The position numbers were made by a program, and so were the translations under genes. From Empedobacter falsenii (GTDB lineage Bacteria; Bacteroidota; Bacteroidia; Flavobacteriales; Weeksellaceae), in the NCBI RefSeq assembly GCF_013488205.1, contig NZ_CP040908.1, positions 905,876 to 969,875 on the forward strand: a DNA stretch of 64,000 bases, written 5' to 3'. Below, in pieces: positions 11,095 to 21,197 of the stretch (positions are counted from its first letter, which is position 1; every line of letters starts with the position of its first letter). The notes under the pieces were generated by a model, which saw only the letters and a program-made list of their open reading frames with translations, was not told the DNA's origin and made no database searches.

Positions 11095-11165
11095 AGACCC
11101 ATGGTGTAACGGTAGCACATCGGTTTTTGGTGCCGCTAGTTGGGGTTCGAATCCCTGTGGGTCTA
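11095..11165 (+). tRNA. tRNA-Gln (anticodon UUG), copy 1
   Basis: Hand-folded cloverleaf. 7-bp acceptor stem AGACCCA/TGGGTCT, U8, D-loop AACGGTA with A14 and G18G19, anticodon loop UUUUGGU (U33, UUG, G37), T-loop TTCGAAT. CCA is not encoded. Confidence 0.85.
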
Positions 11166-11175
11166 CAAAAGTCTT

Positions 11176-11207
11176 ATGCCTCGATAAGCAATTGTTGAGG
11201 CATTTTT
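11176..11207 (+). terminator. hairpin plus T-run after tRNA-Gln copy 1
   Basis: ATGCCTC-14 nt loop-GAGGCAT followed by TTTT. Confidence 0.5.
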
Positions 11208-11257
11208 ATCTAACTTAGTTAAGAGAAAAGTTGCAAAAATTGAAATAAAATTTAGTC

Positions 11258-11328
11258 AGACCCATGGTGTAACGGTAGCACATCGGTTTTTGGTGCCGCT
11301 AGTTGGGGTTCGAATCCCTGTGGGTCTA
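11258..11328 (+). tRNA. tRNA-Gln (UUG), copy 2, identical to copy 1
   Basis: Exact 71-nt repeat of copy 1. Confidence 0.85.
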
Positions 11329-11368
11329 CAATTTTTTCTTTTCAATTTTTAACATAATAATCATGGAC

Positions 11369-11439
11369 AGACCCATGGTGTAACGGTAGCACATCGGTTT
11401 TTGGTGCCGCTAGTTGGGGTTCGAATCCCTGTGGGTCTA
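11369..11439 (+). tRNA. tRNA-Gln (UUG), copy 3, identical to copy 1
   Basis: Exact 71-nt repeat of copy 1. Confidence 0.85.
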
Positions 11440-11447
11440 CAGATTTT

Positions 11448-11478
11448 AAGCTTCAATAATTTTATTGAAGCTTTTTTT
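11448..11478 (+). terminator. intrinsic terminator after the tRNA array
   Basis: AAGCTTCAATAA-TT-TTATTGAAGCTT followed by a T6 run. Confidence 0.7.
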
Positions 11479-11520
11479 ATACTATAAATTTTGTTATATT
11501 TATCATAATTGATTTAGTAA

Positions 11521-12063
11521 ATGACATTAGAAAACATAATTTTAGAAGCTAAAAAAGGGAAACGAAATGCTCAGAACGCAGTGATAGAGGTTTTGTGGAA
11601 CAAAGTTTATCATTATGTTTTTTCTAAAATCAGAAACGAAGAAGAAGCCGAAGACATCGCTATCGAAACGTTTACAAAGGTTTTTACAAAATTAAAATTA
11701 TATAACGAAGATTTTGACTTTACAACTTGGGTGATTTCTATCGCACATAATACGATGATTGATCATATCAGAAAATCTCCAAAACTGAATATTTCTCTTG
11801 ATGATGAAACAAAATTTTTAGAAATTTTAGAAGATCATCCCTCACCAGAAGAGCATTTGATTTTAAAACAAGATAATGACACGCTAATAAAGGCTATTGC
11901 AAAATTGAGAGAACCTTATCAAAAAATTATCGAACTGCGTTATATCGAAGATAAAACATATAAAGAGATTGCTGAAGAACTCAATTTAACCTTGCCAAAT
12001 GTTAAAGTTCGACTTTTAAGAGCCAAACAATTGTTAACAGAGGTGATGCAAGATAATATTTAG
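11521..12063 (+). CDS. RNA polymerase ECF-type sigma-70 factor
   Basis: 180 aa. Region 2 (FTTWVISIAHNTMIDHIRK) and region 4 HTH (KTYKEIAEELNLTLPNVKVRL). Confidence 0.85.
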   Translation: MTLENIILEAKKGKRNAQNAVIEVLWNKVYHYVFSKIRNEEEAEDIAIETFTKVFTKLKLYNEDFDFTTWVISIAHNTMIDHIRKSPKLNISLDDETKFLEILEDHPSPEEHLILKQDNDTLIKAIAKLREPYQKIIELRYIEDKTYKEIAEELNLTLPNVKVRLLRAKQLLTEVMQDNI

Positions 12064-12083
12064 TAAATTTATTCGTTGAAAAT

Positions 12084-12665
12084 TTGTTGAAGAAAACCGA
12101 ACCGAAAATGAAGAAGCACATATACCTTACAACAATTATTATCGCAAGTTTATTTTTGACGTCTTGTGGAAGTAGCAAAGTAACTTCGTATAAAAAAACT
12201 GGTTCTAAAAAAGTGTATACTTCGACCAAAAAAACAGAATCTACAGAGGTTTTTCGTTCTAAAAATGCTGATGATAGTGCGCCTCGTGATGTAAATAGAA
12301 TTCTAAAAACGGCAAAATCTTACTTAGGAACACCTTATAAATATGGCGGAATTACGAAAACAGGCTTCGATTGTTCGGGATTGGTATATATAAGTTTCAA
12401 GGAAATGAATTTAGAATTGCCTCGTCGTTCGAGTGATCAGGCAGAATATGGAAAAGAAATTACGATTGAAAATGTAAAGATTGGAGATTTGATATTTTTT
12501 AATACTTCGGGGAATTCAATTTCTCATGTAGGTATTGTAGAAAGTATTAATCATGATGGTTCAATCAGTTTTGTGCATTCATCTACTTCAAAAGGTGTTA
12601 TCATTTCTTCCCTTGACGAAAATTATTGGAAAACTAGATTTGTAAAAGCGGTTAGACTTTTATAA
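12084..12665 (+). CDS. C40 (NlpC/P60) family peptidase lipoprotein
   Basis: Lipobox LTSC. Catalytic Cys in GFDCSGLV and a downstream His (SHVGIV). Confidence 0.8.
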   Translation: MLKKTEPKMKKHIYLTTIIIASLFLTSCGSSKVTSYKKTGSKKVYTSTKKTESTEVFRSKNADDSAPRDVNRILKTAKSYLGTPYKYGGITKTGFDCSGLVYISFKEMNLELPRRSSDQAEYGKEITIENVKIGDLIFFNTSGNSISHVGIVESINHDGSISFVHSSTSKGVIISSLDENYWKTRFVKAVRLL

Positions 12666-12673
12666 CTTGACGT

Positions 12674-14500
12674 GTGCTTAAAAAAAGAACTATATTATTA
12701 ACTTTTCTAGGATTACTATTTTTTAGTTTATCCATAGTTGTTAATGCTCAAGAAGATAGTGTAAAAATTGATACTGTTAGAATTGAGAATAAAAATCATT
12801 CTAAGTTTAGAAAATTTTATCAAAAATTATTATTTAAGAAAAAACCAACGAGTTTTCCTATTCAGCCCAATAATGATGTGGATGATGGAAAATATCAAGG
12901 TAAAATCATTCGAAATATTTACTACAAAACACAAGATCCGTTTGGATATTCTTTGCAGGATACGACAAAAAAACCGACAAGATGGATTGAAAGAGCTGGA
13001 AATACATTGCATGGAAAATCCAAAAAATTTGTGTTGCGCCAAAATATGTTGTTAAAGCCTGGAGATAGATATGATTCTGTTAAGGCAGCGGAATCCGAGC
13101 GTTTGATTCGTACCAATCGTTCTATTCGTCGAGTAGAGATTAAGGAAGAAGCTGTGGGAAATGATTCGGTTGATTTGTATGTTAATTCAATTGATTCTTG
13201 GAGTATGTTTATTACAGGTTCGGTTTCGAGTTCGAAAGCTGGGATTCGCGTTAGAGAGCGAAATTTTTTAGGTTTAGGACATGTGTTTGATAATCGTTAT
13301 CGTCACAATTACAAAACAGGAAATTCGTTATATCAATTTAATTATACGGTTCCAAATATTGCTCAAACTCGAATTATTGGGAATGTACGTTATTTCAAAA
13401 ATGAAGACAATCATTATACAAAATCAATCAGTTTTGTACGACCTTTTTATTCGCCATTAGCGCATTATGCGGGTGGAGTTTCAGTTGGACAAGTGTATTT
13501 TAAAGATTCATTAGACTTCGAAAAACCTATTTTGGTTGATAATCATTTCAAATATAATTACCAAGATTATTGGTTGGCAAGAGCGTTTAGAATTGATGAT
13601 GGTCATTCAGAAAATATTACCAATTTTATTGTCTCAGGGAGATTTTATGATCGATCTTATACCGAAACACCAACTCCGGAAAACGATCCTGTGAACTTTT
13701 TTTCTGACCAAACGAATTATTTAGTAGGGATAGGAATTTCTTCGAAACGATATATCAAAACAAAATATATTTTCAATTATGATATTGAAGAAGATATTGC
13801 GATAGGAAAATCATTGGGAATTATAGGAGGTATTCAAAATATTCGCCAAACTGATCGTTATTATCTTGGCGGAAAAGCTTCTGCTGGAGGTTTCTTAAAT
13901 ACTGGTTTTTGGGGATTTGGAGTAGAGTTTGGAGGATTTTTTAATAAAGGAAAATTTGAACAAAAAACGCTATCAGTAGAATTACAATATATGGCAAAAT
14001 TGATAAGTTGGGGAAAATGGAAGTTCAGAAACTTCATGAAAACTAATTATCTTTTGGGACATGATCGTTTAGATTCTCCTGCAGATCAACTTTCGCTTCA
14101 TGAACATGATTATTTGGGAATGGCAGGTTTCAAATCGGATAGAGGATTAACAGGTCAACAGAAATTAATGTTCGAGTATCAATTGCAATCCTATACACCT
14201 TACGAGTTTTTAGGATTTCGTATTTCGCCATTTTTCAATGCGATGGTTGCGGCAATTGGAGATAACAAAAAATTTATACTGAATAATAACCCAATTTATT
14301 CGCGTTTTAGTTTGGGGGTGATGTTGACAAATGATTATTTTGTGTTTAATAATATCAGGTTTTCATTGTCGTATTATCCTTCAATTCCTGGACAAGGTGA
14401 TAATCTAATCAAGACAAATTTGATTGATAATAGAGATTATCAAATGATGGATTTCGACTTCTCAAAACCAAATTATATTCGTTGGAATAGGTGGGATTAA
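12674..14500 (+). CDS. Omp85/BamA-TamA-like outer-membrane protein (POTRA plus surface-antigen barrel)
   Basis: Signal peptide, a POTRA-like segment, and an RERNFLGLGH-type barrel motif. 608 aa. Confidence 0.5.
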   Translation: MLKKRTILLTFLGLLFFSLSIVVNAQEDSVKIDTVRIENKNHSKFRKFYQKLLFKKKPTSFPIQPNNDVDDGKYQGKIIRNIYYKTQDPFGYSLQDTTKKPTRWIERAGNTLHGKSKKFVLRQNMLLKPGDRYDSVKAAESERLIRTNRSIRRVEIKEEAVGNDSVDLYVNSIDSWSMFITGSVSSSKAGIRVRERNFLGLGHVFDNRYRHNYKTGNSLYQFNYTVPNIAQTRIIGNVRYFKNEDNHYTKSISFVRPFYSPLAHYAGGVSVGQVYFKDSLDFEKPILVDNHFKYNYQDYWLARAFRIDDGHSENITNFIVSGRFYDRSYTETPTPENDPVNFFSDQTNYLVGIGISSKRYIKTKYIFNYDIEEDIAIGKSLGIIGGIQNIRQTDRYYLGGKASAGGFLNTGFWGFGVEFGGFFNKGKFEQKTLSVELQYMAKLISWGKWKFRNFMKTNYLLGHDRLDSPADQLSLHEHDYLGMAGFKSDRGLTGQQKLMFEYQLQSYTPYEFLGFRISPFFNAMVAAIGDNKKFILNNNPIYSRFSLGVMLTNDYFVFNNIRFSLSYYPSIPGQGDNLIKTNLIDNRDYQMMDFDFSKPNYIRWNRWD

Positions 14501-14544
14501 GACATAAAAAAAGCTTGAAGATTTCTTCAAGCTTTTTTTATGTC
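14501..14544. terminator. perfect 44-nt palindrome, bidirectional terminator between convergent genes
   Basis: GACATAAAAAAAGCTTGAAGA-TTTC-TTCAAGCTTTTTTTATGTC. Confidence 0.8.
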
Positions 14545-14552
14545 TTATATTT

Positions 14553-15737
14553 TTATTTCACTTGTCTGGAAACGATCCAAGAAACCAAGCTTCCCAGACC
14601 TAAAACAGTCACTATAACTGCAACAAAGTTTTCGACAGAAAAGATAAATGGAAACGGAACAGTTGGCGAAGCCATAACCAAACCAAAATCTATTTGTAAT
14701 AATCCAATAACAGAGGCGATTAATAAACCTGTTGTCATCGCAATAAAGGTGATAATAAAACCAGTTTGGAAGAAAATATTACGAATGTTTTTTCGTGATA
14801 ATCCAAAACTATACATCGTCTGAATTTCTTTCTTTTTATCCAAAATCAAGATAATAATTGTTCCTGCCAAATTGAAACATGCAATAATAATGACTAACGT
14901 GAAAATCAAATAACTGATTAAATTTTCCATATTCATTACTTTCAAGAAAGCTGAATCTAAATCTTGTCTGGTTTCGATTTTATAATGAGAACCCAATGCT
15001 TTTTGAAGTTGAATTTTCACTTCGTTAAACGATTTTTTTCCAGTCGTTTTTACTTCAATCGAATAACACTGATTTTCGTTTAACAACAATAATTCTTGCG
15101 CCAAACCTAAAGTTGTAAAGACGTGTTTGTCGTATTGTTCGTTCAAAATAAACACGCCAACGCTATATGCATCTTTGCGAGTAAAAGCATCGCTTTCTTG
15201 TTTTATTAAACCTGTTCCAGCTTTTGGCATCATCAAATCTGCTGGCGTTATCGGATCGATATAAAGTTGTAAACGCTCTGCAATTCCATTCGAAACAATA
15301 AAATTATCATCGCGATTAAAATCTAAATATTGTCCACCATAAATCACCGTATCTAAACGCGTAACTTTGGTAAAGTTTTCGTCAACACCTTTCAAATAGG
15401 CAATATCTTGCTTTCCTTTGTAATCGATGTAGACTTTTTCTTCGATGATTTTAGAAAAAGCTTTGACGTCTTTTTGTTGCTTTAATTGATCCACAACAAA
15501 AGTTAAACTATCTAATACTTTTCCTTTCGAAGGAGAAATTTTAATTTCAGGATTTACATTGCTATAATACTTTAAATTCATTTTTTCTAATCCCGAAAAA
15601 ACGGATAAAATAATAAACAAAGCCGCTGTAGCTACCAAAATAGCACCAACAGCAATCGATGTAATAATGTTTACAGCGTTTGTATTCGTTTTCGAAAAAA
15701 TGTAGCGTTTCGCAATGTAAAGTGAAATGTTTCTCAT
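14553..15737 (-). CDS. FtsX-like ABC transporter permease (LolE-type)
   Basis: 394 aa. N-terminal TM helix, a large periplasmic loop and three C-terminal TM helices, the typical FtsX/LolCE layout. Confidence 0.75.
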   Translation of the reverse strand: MRNISLYIAKRYIFSKTNTNAVNIITSIAVGAILVATAALFIILSVFSGLEKMNLKYYSNVNPEIKISPSKGKVLDSLTFVVDQLKQQKDVKAFSKIIEEKVYIDYKGKQDIAYLKGVDENFTKVTRLDTVIYGGQYLDFNRDDNFIVSNGIAERLQLYIDPITPADLMMPKAGTGLIKQESDAFTRKDAYSVGVFILNEQYDKHVFTTLGLAQELLLLNENQCYSIEVKTTGKKSFNEVKIQLQKALGSHYKIETRQDLDSAFLKVMNMENLISYLIFTLVIIIACFNLAGTIIILILDKKKEIQTMYSFGLSRKNIRNIFFQTGFIITFIAMTTGLLIASVIGLLQIDFGLVMASPTVPFPFIFSVENFVAVIVTVLGLGSLVSWIVSRQVK

Positions 15738-16096
15738 TATAAGATTGGATTATTTCCTTCTCCTCTTAGCGCTTTGTCGATTTTATCCATTTCGTCTAAC
15801 GAATTATCTAAAATGAAAATTAATTCTGGTGTAATACGCATTTGTTTAGAAGCACTTTTTGATAAAATTCCTCTAAATAATGGTGTATTAACTCTAATTT
15901 CTTTAAAAATTTCGTCTTTTTGAGTACTTGGAAAAATACTTACATAGATTTTAGAAACGCTCAAATCTGGTGTTACTTTTACTTCTGTAACACTAATCAA
16001 ATTTCCAGGGAATTCCTTTACAGCCCATTTTCTAAAAGCTTCTGCTAATTCTTCTTGAAATAATTTACTTACTTTTTGTTGTCTATTGCTATCCAA
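15737..16096 (-). CDS. rbfA: ribosome-binding factor A
   Basis: 119 aa KH-like fold with RbfA N-terminal signature (RQQKVSKLFQEELAE). Confidence 0.85.
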   Translation of the reverse strand: MDSNRQQKVSKLFQEELAEAFRKWAVKEFPGNLISVTEVKVTPDLSVSKIYVSIFPSTQKDEIFKEIRVNTPLFRGILSKSASKQMRITPELIFILDNSLDEMDKIDKALRGEGNNPIL

Positions 16097-16190
16097 TTCT
16101 ATTCATTTTTATGAGACCGTAAAATTACTGCATTTTTTCGTGATTAAAAACATTGATGAATTGAATTAAGTTCTTTGTAAATTTGTTTTA

Positions 16191-16589
16191 ATGAAAAAAG
16201 ATATCGAAACTTCAGAAGATGTTGCTTTATTGGTAAATACGTTTTATGATAAAGTGCAAAAAGATGACGTAATTGGTTACTTTTTTTCGGAAGTTGCAAA
16301 GGTAAATTGGGACGAACATTTGCCACATATGATTCAGTTTTGGGAAACTGTTTTGTTAGGAAAAGCAACTTTTGAAGGCTGGCCAATGCGAACACATTTG
16401 GTTTTGAGTCAAAAGGAGAAATTAAAACCACACCATTTCGAGCGTTGGATTGAATTATGGTACGGAATAATTGACGAAAATTTTGAAGGAGAAATAGCAA
16501 ATGAAGCAAAAAATCGAGCAAAAATTATGCGTGATTTAATTCTTTTCAAAATTGACCAAATGGAACAAAAACAAGGATTTATTCAATAA
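16191..16589 (+). CDS. group III truncated haemoglobin (Ctb-like globin)
   Basis: 132 aa. Its pattern (FYDKVQKD...W..H...FW...LLG...G.P...H) closely parallels Campylobacter Ctb. Confidence 0.65.
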   Translation: MKKDIETSEDVALLVNTFYDKVQKDDVIGYFFSEVAKVNWDEHLPHMIQFWETVLLGKATFEGWPMRTHLVLSQKEKLKPHHFERWIELWYGIIDENFEGEIANEAKNRAKIMRDLILFKIDQMEQKQGFIQ

Positions 16590-16622
16590 AAAAATGCAAC
16601 TTCATAAAAGTTGCATTTTTTT
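16589..16622. terminator. bidirectional intrinsic terminator
   Basis: AATGCAACTT-CATAA-AAGTTGCATT, with an A-run upstream and a T-run downstream. Confidence 0.75.
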
Positions 16623-16645
16623 ATTATTAAGATATGATTGAAAAA

Positions 16646-18019
16646 TTATTTCGCAATCATGATTAATTTTTTATTGATAAATTCCATAATTCCAGCTTTA
16701 GAAAGCTCTCGTCCGTAACCTGAATGTTTAACACCTCCGAAAGGTAAATCTGGGCTTGATGAAACTTGTTTGTTTACGTAAACCATTCCCGAATCTATTC
16801 TACGAGCGATTTTCTCCGCATTCGGAACATCTTCTGTGTAAATAGAAGCACCTAATCCATAAGGCGTGTCATTCGCAATTTTGATTGCTTCTTCTACATC
16901 TTTCACTTTCCAAATACAAACCACAGGTCCAAAAACTTCTTCGTCATAAGCCTTCATTCCAGGTTTTAAATCTGTCAAAATTGTTGGTTGTAAAAAGAAA
17001 CCATCACGATTAATACGTTTTCCTCCTGAAACAATTGTTGCTCCTTTATTAGCTGAATCATTAATTTGATCCAATAATTTTTCTAATGCACTTTCCGAAC
17101 TTACAGGTCCCATGTTGGTATCTGTCTGTGTAGGATCACCAACTTTCATTCCGTTTACATAATCCGTAATTTTTTTCAAATATTCGTCGTAAATACCTTC
17201 TTGTACAATAATACGTTTCGAAGAAGTACACGCTTGTCCAGCATTACGTAAACGACCATTAATTGTTCCGTTCATCACTTTTTCGATATCCGCATCATTC
17301 AAAACAATCATTGGATCAGAACCACCAAGTTCTAAAACCGAAGGTTTTACATTTTTACCAGCGATACTTGCAACCTCTGCACCAGCGGCTTCGGAACCAG
17401 TTAAAGAAACACCAACAATTTTTGGATTATTGATAATTGTATCTGTGTCTTTTCCTGACATCAACAAGTTTTTATACAAACCTTTTGGAGCGCCAGCAGC
17501 TGTAAACATTTCTTCGAAAGCGATTCCACATTGCGGAATATTAGAAGCCGTTTTCAAAACAACTGTGTTACCAGCCATAATGTGAGGTCCAGCAAAACGC
17601 GCAATTTGAGAAAAAGGAAAATTCCAAGGCATAACACCTAACAACACACCAATTGGTTCTGAAACCACATAAGCGTCACCTTTTTCTGTTTGTAAAGGAA
17701 CATTTGCTAAGAATTCTTCTGCATTATCAGCGTAATATTCGATAATATTTGCACTGTAATCAATCTCGATTTCGCTCTCATACAATGGTTTTCCCATTTC
17801 TGTTGTAATCAAAGCAGCTAATCGAGTTTTTTGCTTGCGCATTTCGTTTGCGACACGTTTCATTACAGCTTTTCTTTCTTCGAAAGATTCGAATCGCCAT
17901 GTTTGATATAATTCGTTTGCGTCGTCTATATATTGATTGATTTCTTCGCTTGTGTAGGCTTGAAATTCTTTTTCTATTTTACCTGTAGCAGGATTTAATG
18001 TTCTGATTGAACTTGCCAT
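16646..18019 (-). CDS. gabD: NAD(P)-dependent succinate-semialdehyde / aldehyde dehydrogenase
   Basis: ALDH family. Catalytic Cys in QACTSSKR, the Glu motif LELGG, and a GxxxxG NAD-binding motif. 457 aa. Confidence 0.8.
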   Translation of the reverse strand: MASSIRTLNPATGKIEKEFQAYTSEEINQYIDDANELYQTWRFESFEERKAVMKRVANEMRKQKTRLAALITTEMGKPLYESEIEIDYSANIIEYYADNAEEFLANVPLQTEKGDAYVVSEPIGVLLGVMPWNFPFSQIARFAGPHIMAGNTVVLKTASNIPQCGIAFEEMFTAAGAPKGLYKNLLMSGKDTDTIINNPKIVGVSLTGSEAAGAEVASIAGKNVKPSVLELGGSDPMIVLNDADIEKVMNGTINGRLRNAGQACTSSKRIIVQEGIYDEYLKKITDYVNGMKVGDPTQTDTNMGPVSSESALEKLLDQINDSANKGATIVSGGKRINRDGFFLQPTILTDLKPGMKAYDEEVFGPVVCIWKVKDVEEAIKIANDTPYGLGASIYTEDVPNAEKIARRIDSGMVYVNKQVSSSPDLPFGGVKHSGYGRELSKAGIMEFINKKLIMIAK

Positions 18020-18253
18020 TTCACTCTTTATTTAATGTATACAAAGTTGTAGCAATTCTCGTTCCTAACAAAACTTTTAGGATAAATAAAACTGATAGTT
18101 TGTTGAATAAAACTAAATGTAGTTGATTGTTTAGTTTTTATATTAATTTGAGCTAGATGATTGTTTGCTGAATTAAGAAATTTCTATTTTCGAAATGCTT
18201 AAGGTTTTAGATTCCTTGACAAATTTGATAAAACAATTAATTGTAGCAGAAAC

Positions 18254-18280
18254 CATTCTGAACTCGTTTCAGAATCACAT
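18254..18280. repeat. small palindromic element, copy A (CATTCTGAAC-TCG-TTTCAGAATCACAT)
   Basis: Near-identical to the sequence at 47271-47297 (25 of 27 nt). Confidence 0.5.
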
Positions 18281-18427
18281 ATATAATTAATAAAATAAAT
18301 TTAAAAAATAACGATTTCTACATCTAGTTTGTTGATTATCGTTAAATTATCTATTATAAAAAAATATAATGATCTCAAGCTGAAATAAATTCAGCTTGAG
18401 ATAATATTTATTAATGAAAATTATTTT

Positions 18428-19987
18428 CTAAAACGGTAAATTATCGTCGTCGTTGTTCATTGAACTTGTGAATTCTCCGCCAAAATCTCCAAAAGCATCA
18501 GAAGGATCAATAGCAGATAAATTCATTGCACTTCCCATTTCTTGAGAACCATCATTCATCGAACTTTGAATTTCGAAATCTCCACCAAATGAAGTTTCTA
18601 AATCGGTAAATTTAGCTTGTTCATTAATGAATCGTAAACGTACATTTTCTAACGCACCATTACGGTGTTTTGCAATGATAAACTCAGCTTGCCCAGCACA
18701 AGGTTCACTTTCATCATCCCAATATTCCAATTTATAATATTCGGGACGATAAATAAAAGAAACGATATCGGCATCTTGCTCAATCGCTCCAGATTCACGT
18801 AAATCCGAAAGTAAAGGGCGTTTACTCCCTCCACGAGTTTCTACCGAACGAGACAACTGCGAAAGTGCAATAACAGGAATACTTAATTCTTTCGCAATCG
18901 CTTTTAAGGAACGCGAAATCATCGAAATCTCTTGCTCACGGTTTCCATTTGCTTTTCCACCAGCAGTCATCAACTGCAAGTAGTCAATCAAAATCATTTT
19001 TACACCATGTTGAGAAACCAAACGACGTGCTTTTGCTCTTAAATCGAAAATCGAAAGGGCAGGGGTGTCGTCAATATATAAAGGAGCATTTTCAAGACCT
19101 TTTACTTTTGTATATAATTGTTTCCATTCGTGATCGGCTAATTTTGCTTTACGCAATTTTTCACCCGAAATTCCAGTTTCACCTGAAATCATACGTGTAA
19201 TCAACTGAACAGAAGACATCTCTAATGAAAAAACAGCAACTGGAATATTTTTGTCCACCGTCATATTTTTCGCCATCGAAAGGATAAAAGCGGTTTTCCC
19301 CATACCAGGACGAGCGGCTAAGATAATCAAATCCGATTCTTGCCAACCCGAAGTAATTTTATCAATTTCTGTAAATCCAGAAGATAAACCAGACATTCCT
19401 TCTTTGGTAGATTGGGCTTTAATTTTGTCAATCGCTTCTGTAACTAAATCTCTTGCTTCCGAATAACTACGCTTGATTCCACCTTCTGTAATTTCGAATA
19501 ATTTCGATTCAGAATAATCCAGTAAATCAAATACATCGGCAGTATCATCGTATGATTTTTCAATGACTTGATTCGAAATTTCAATTAAACGACGAAGAAT
19601 ATATTTTTCTTGAATGACACGAGCATAATACTCCACGTGTGCAGAAGAAGAAACTTTTTGCGTTAATTGAATCAAATAATAATCACCTCCAACACGATCT
19701 AATTTGCCTTCACTTTTCAACTCATTCGAAACCGTTAATAAATCAATAGGTTCTGAATCGTTAAATAATTTTTGAATGACAGCATAAATCGCTTGATGCT
19801 CTGGACGATAAAAAACTTGCGGTGTAAGAATGTCAATGACTTCATCCAACCCTTTTTTATCAATCATCATCGCACCAAGTACAGCTTGCTCTAAATCAAC
19901 AGCTTGTGGAGGAAGTTTACCTTTCTCTAAACCAATGACATTGTGCTTGTTAGCTGGTATTTCGGGATTATAATTTGCTTGTTCCAT
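18428..19987 (-). CDS. dnaB: replicative DNA helicase
   Basis: Walker A GMGKTAF, Walker B ILIDYLQLM, and an N-terminal primase-interaction domain. A hairpin terminator at 18373-18401 is followed by a T-run on the minus strand. Confidence 0.95.
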   Translation of the reverse strand: MEQANYNPEIPANKHNVIGLEKGKLPPQAVDLEQAVLGAMMIDKKGLDEVIDILTPQVFYRPEHQAIYAVIQKLFNDSEPIDLLTVSNELKSEGKLDRVGGDYYLIQLTQKVSSSAHVEYYARVIQEKYILRRLIEISNQVIEKSYDDTADVFDLLDYSESKLFEITEGGIKRSYSEARDLVTEAIDKIKAQSTKEGMSGLSSGFTEIDKITSGWQESDLIILAARPGMGKTAFILSMAKNMTVDKNIPVAVFSLEMSSVQLITRMISGETGISGEKLRKAKLADHEWKQLYTKVKGLENAPLYIDDTPALSIFDLRAKARRLVSQHGVKMILIDYLQLMTAGGKANGNREQEISMISRSLKAIAKELSIPVIALSQLSRSVETRGGSKRPLLSDLRESGAIEQDADIVSFIYRPEYYKLEYWDDESEPCAGQAEFIIAKHRNGALENVRLRFINEQAKFTDLETSFGGDFEIQSSMNDGSQEMGSAMNLSAIDPSDAFGDFGGEFTSSMNNDDDNLPF

Positions 19988-20086
19988 AAGAGTTTCAAAA
20001 TTAAATAAAAAAACGAGATATAACTAATTTTATATCTCGTTTTAAAATTGTATATTCTACAATAAGTATTATTGTAAAACAATATT

Positions 20087-21058
20087 TTATCCTGAAAATT
20101 CTCCGAATTTGATGTAACGTTCTTGACGTTGTTGTTGTAATTCTTTTGGAGAAAGTTTTTTCAATTCGTTGTAAGTGTCTAAAACTTTATTTTTCAAGTT
20201 TGTGTACGCAACTTCTGGTTTGTAGTGTGCTCCACCAAGCGGTTCTTGAATGATATCTTCAATTAATCCTAATTCTAACATATCAGGACCAGTTAATTTC
20301 ATTTGCGAAGCAGCTTGCTCTTTGTAATCCCAACTTCTCCATAAAATTGTAGAACAGTTTTCTGGTGAAATTACAGAATACCAAGTGTTTTCTAACATGA
20401 AAACTTTGTTTCCAACTCCAATTCCTAATGCTCCACCTGAAGCTCCTTCACCAATTACAATTGTAATGATAGGAACTGTAAGTTTCAACATTTCGTAGAT
20501 GTTTTTAGCGATAGCTTCACCTTGACCTCTTTCTTCAGCTTCTAAACCAGGATATGCACCAGGAGTGTCAACTAAAGTCAAGACAGGAATATTAAACTTT
20601 TCTGCTAACTTCATCAATCGTAAAGCTTTGCGGTAACCATCTGGATTAGACATTCCGAAACGACGATATTGTCTTTCTTTGGTATTTTTCCCTTTTTGTT
20701 GACCAATAATCATAAAAGTTTGACCATTGATTTTTCCCATACCACCAACCATTGCTTTGTCGTCAGCAAAAGTTCTATCTCCGTGAATCTCGATAAACGT
20801 GTTATCTGTAATCGCGTAAGCGTAGTCTAAAGTATAAGGGCGAGAAGGATGACGAGACAATTGTACACGTTGCCATGGTGTTAAATTCCCATAGATTTCC
20901 TTCTTTTTATTTTCAATTGCAATTTCAATTTCAACGCAAGCCTGTTTGATGTTAACACCGCTTCCTTCGCCGACGATTTGACAGCTTTGTAACTGTTCTT
21001 CTAAATCTTTGATAGGTTGTTCAAATTCTAAATATTCCATACAAAAGTGTTTGTTCAA
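20087..21058 (-). CDS. accA: acetyl-CoA carboxylase carboxyltransferase subunit alpha
   Basis: 323 aa. Crotonase fold with the GGAxxG motif ([12 protein letters not shown]). Confidence 0.9.
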   Translation of the reverse strand: MNKHFCMEYLEFEQPIKDLEEQLQSCQIVGEGSGVNIKQACVEIEIAIENKKKEIYGNLTPWQRVQLSRHPSRPYTLDYAYAITDNTFIEIHGDRTFADDKAMVGGMGKINGQTFMIIGQQKGKNTKERQYRRFGMSNPDGYRKALRLMKLAEKFNIPVLTLVDTPGAYPGLEAEERGQGEAIAKNIYEMLKLTVPIITIVIGEGASGGALGIGVGNKVFMLENTWYSVISPENCSTILWRSWDYKEQAASQMKLTGPDMLELGLIEDIIQEPLGGAHYKPEVAYTNLKNKVLDTYNELKKLSPKELQQQRQERYIKFGEFSG

Positions 21059-21197
21059 TCCAACAAATATAGAAAAGGTTTTTAAGCCAATTATAATAAA
21101 TGTCGAATGTTTTTCAGATTTTTTACAAGTATTTTAATTTCAAAAGATAAAAAAGCGTCTACAGATTAGACGCTTTCATCGTGTATTTGATCTAAAA

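Noticed and set aside
14491-14823. 110-aa plus-strand ORF overlapping the terminator palindrome and the permease 3' end
   Set aside because: Crosses a bidirectional terminator and lies antisense to the well-supported FtsX-like permease.
18020-18427. Possible small gene or oriC-like region upstream of dnaB
   Set aside because: dnaB is on the minus strand, so this region lies downstream of it. No DnaA-box (TTATCCACA) clusters are seen. It contains a dnaB terminator hairpin (18373-18401) and the palindromic element only.
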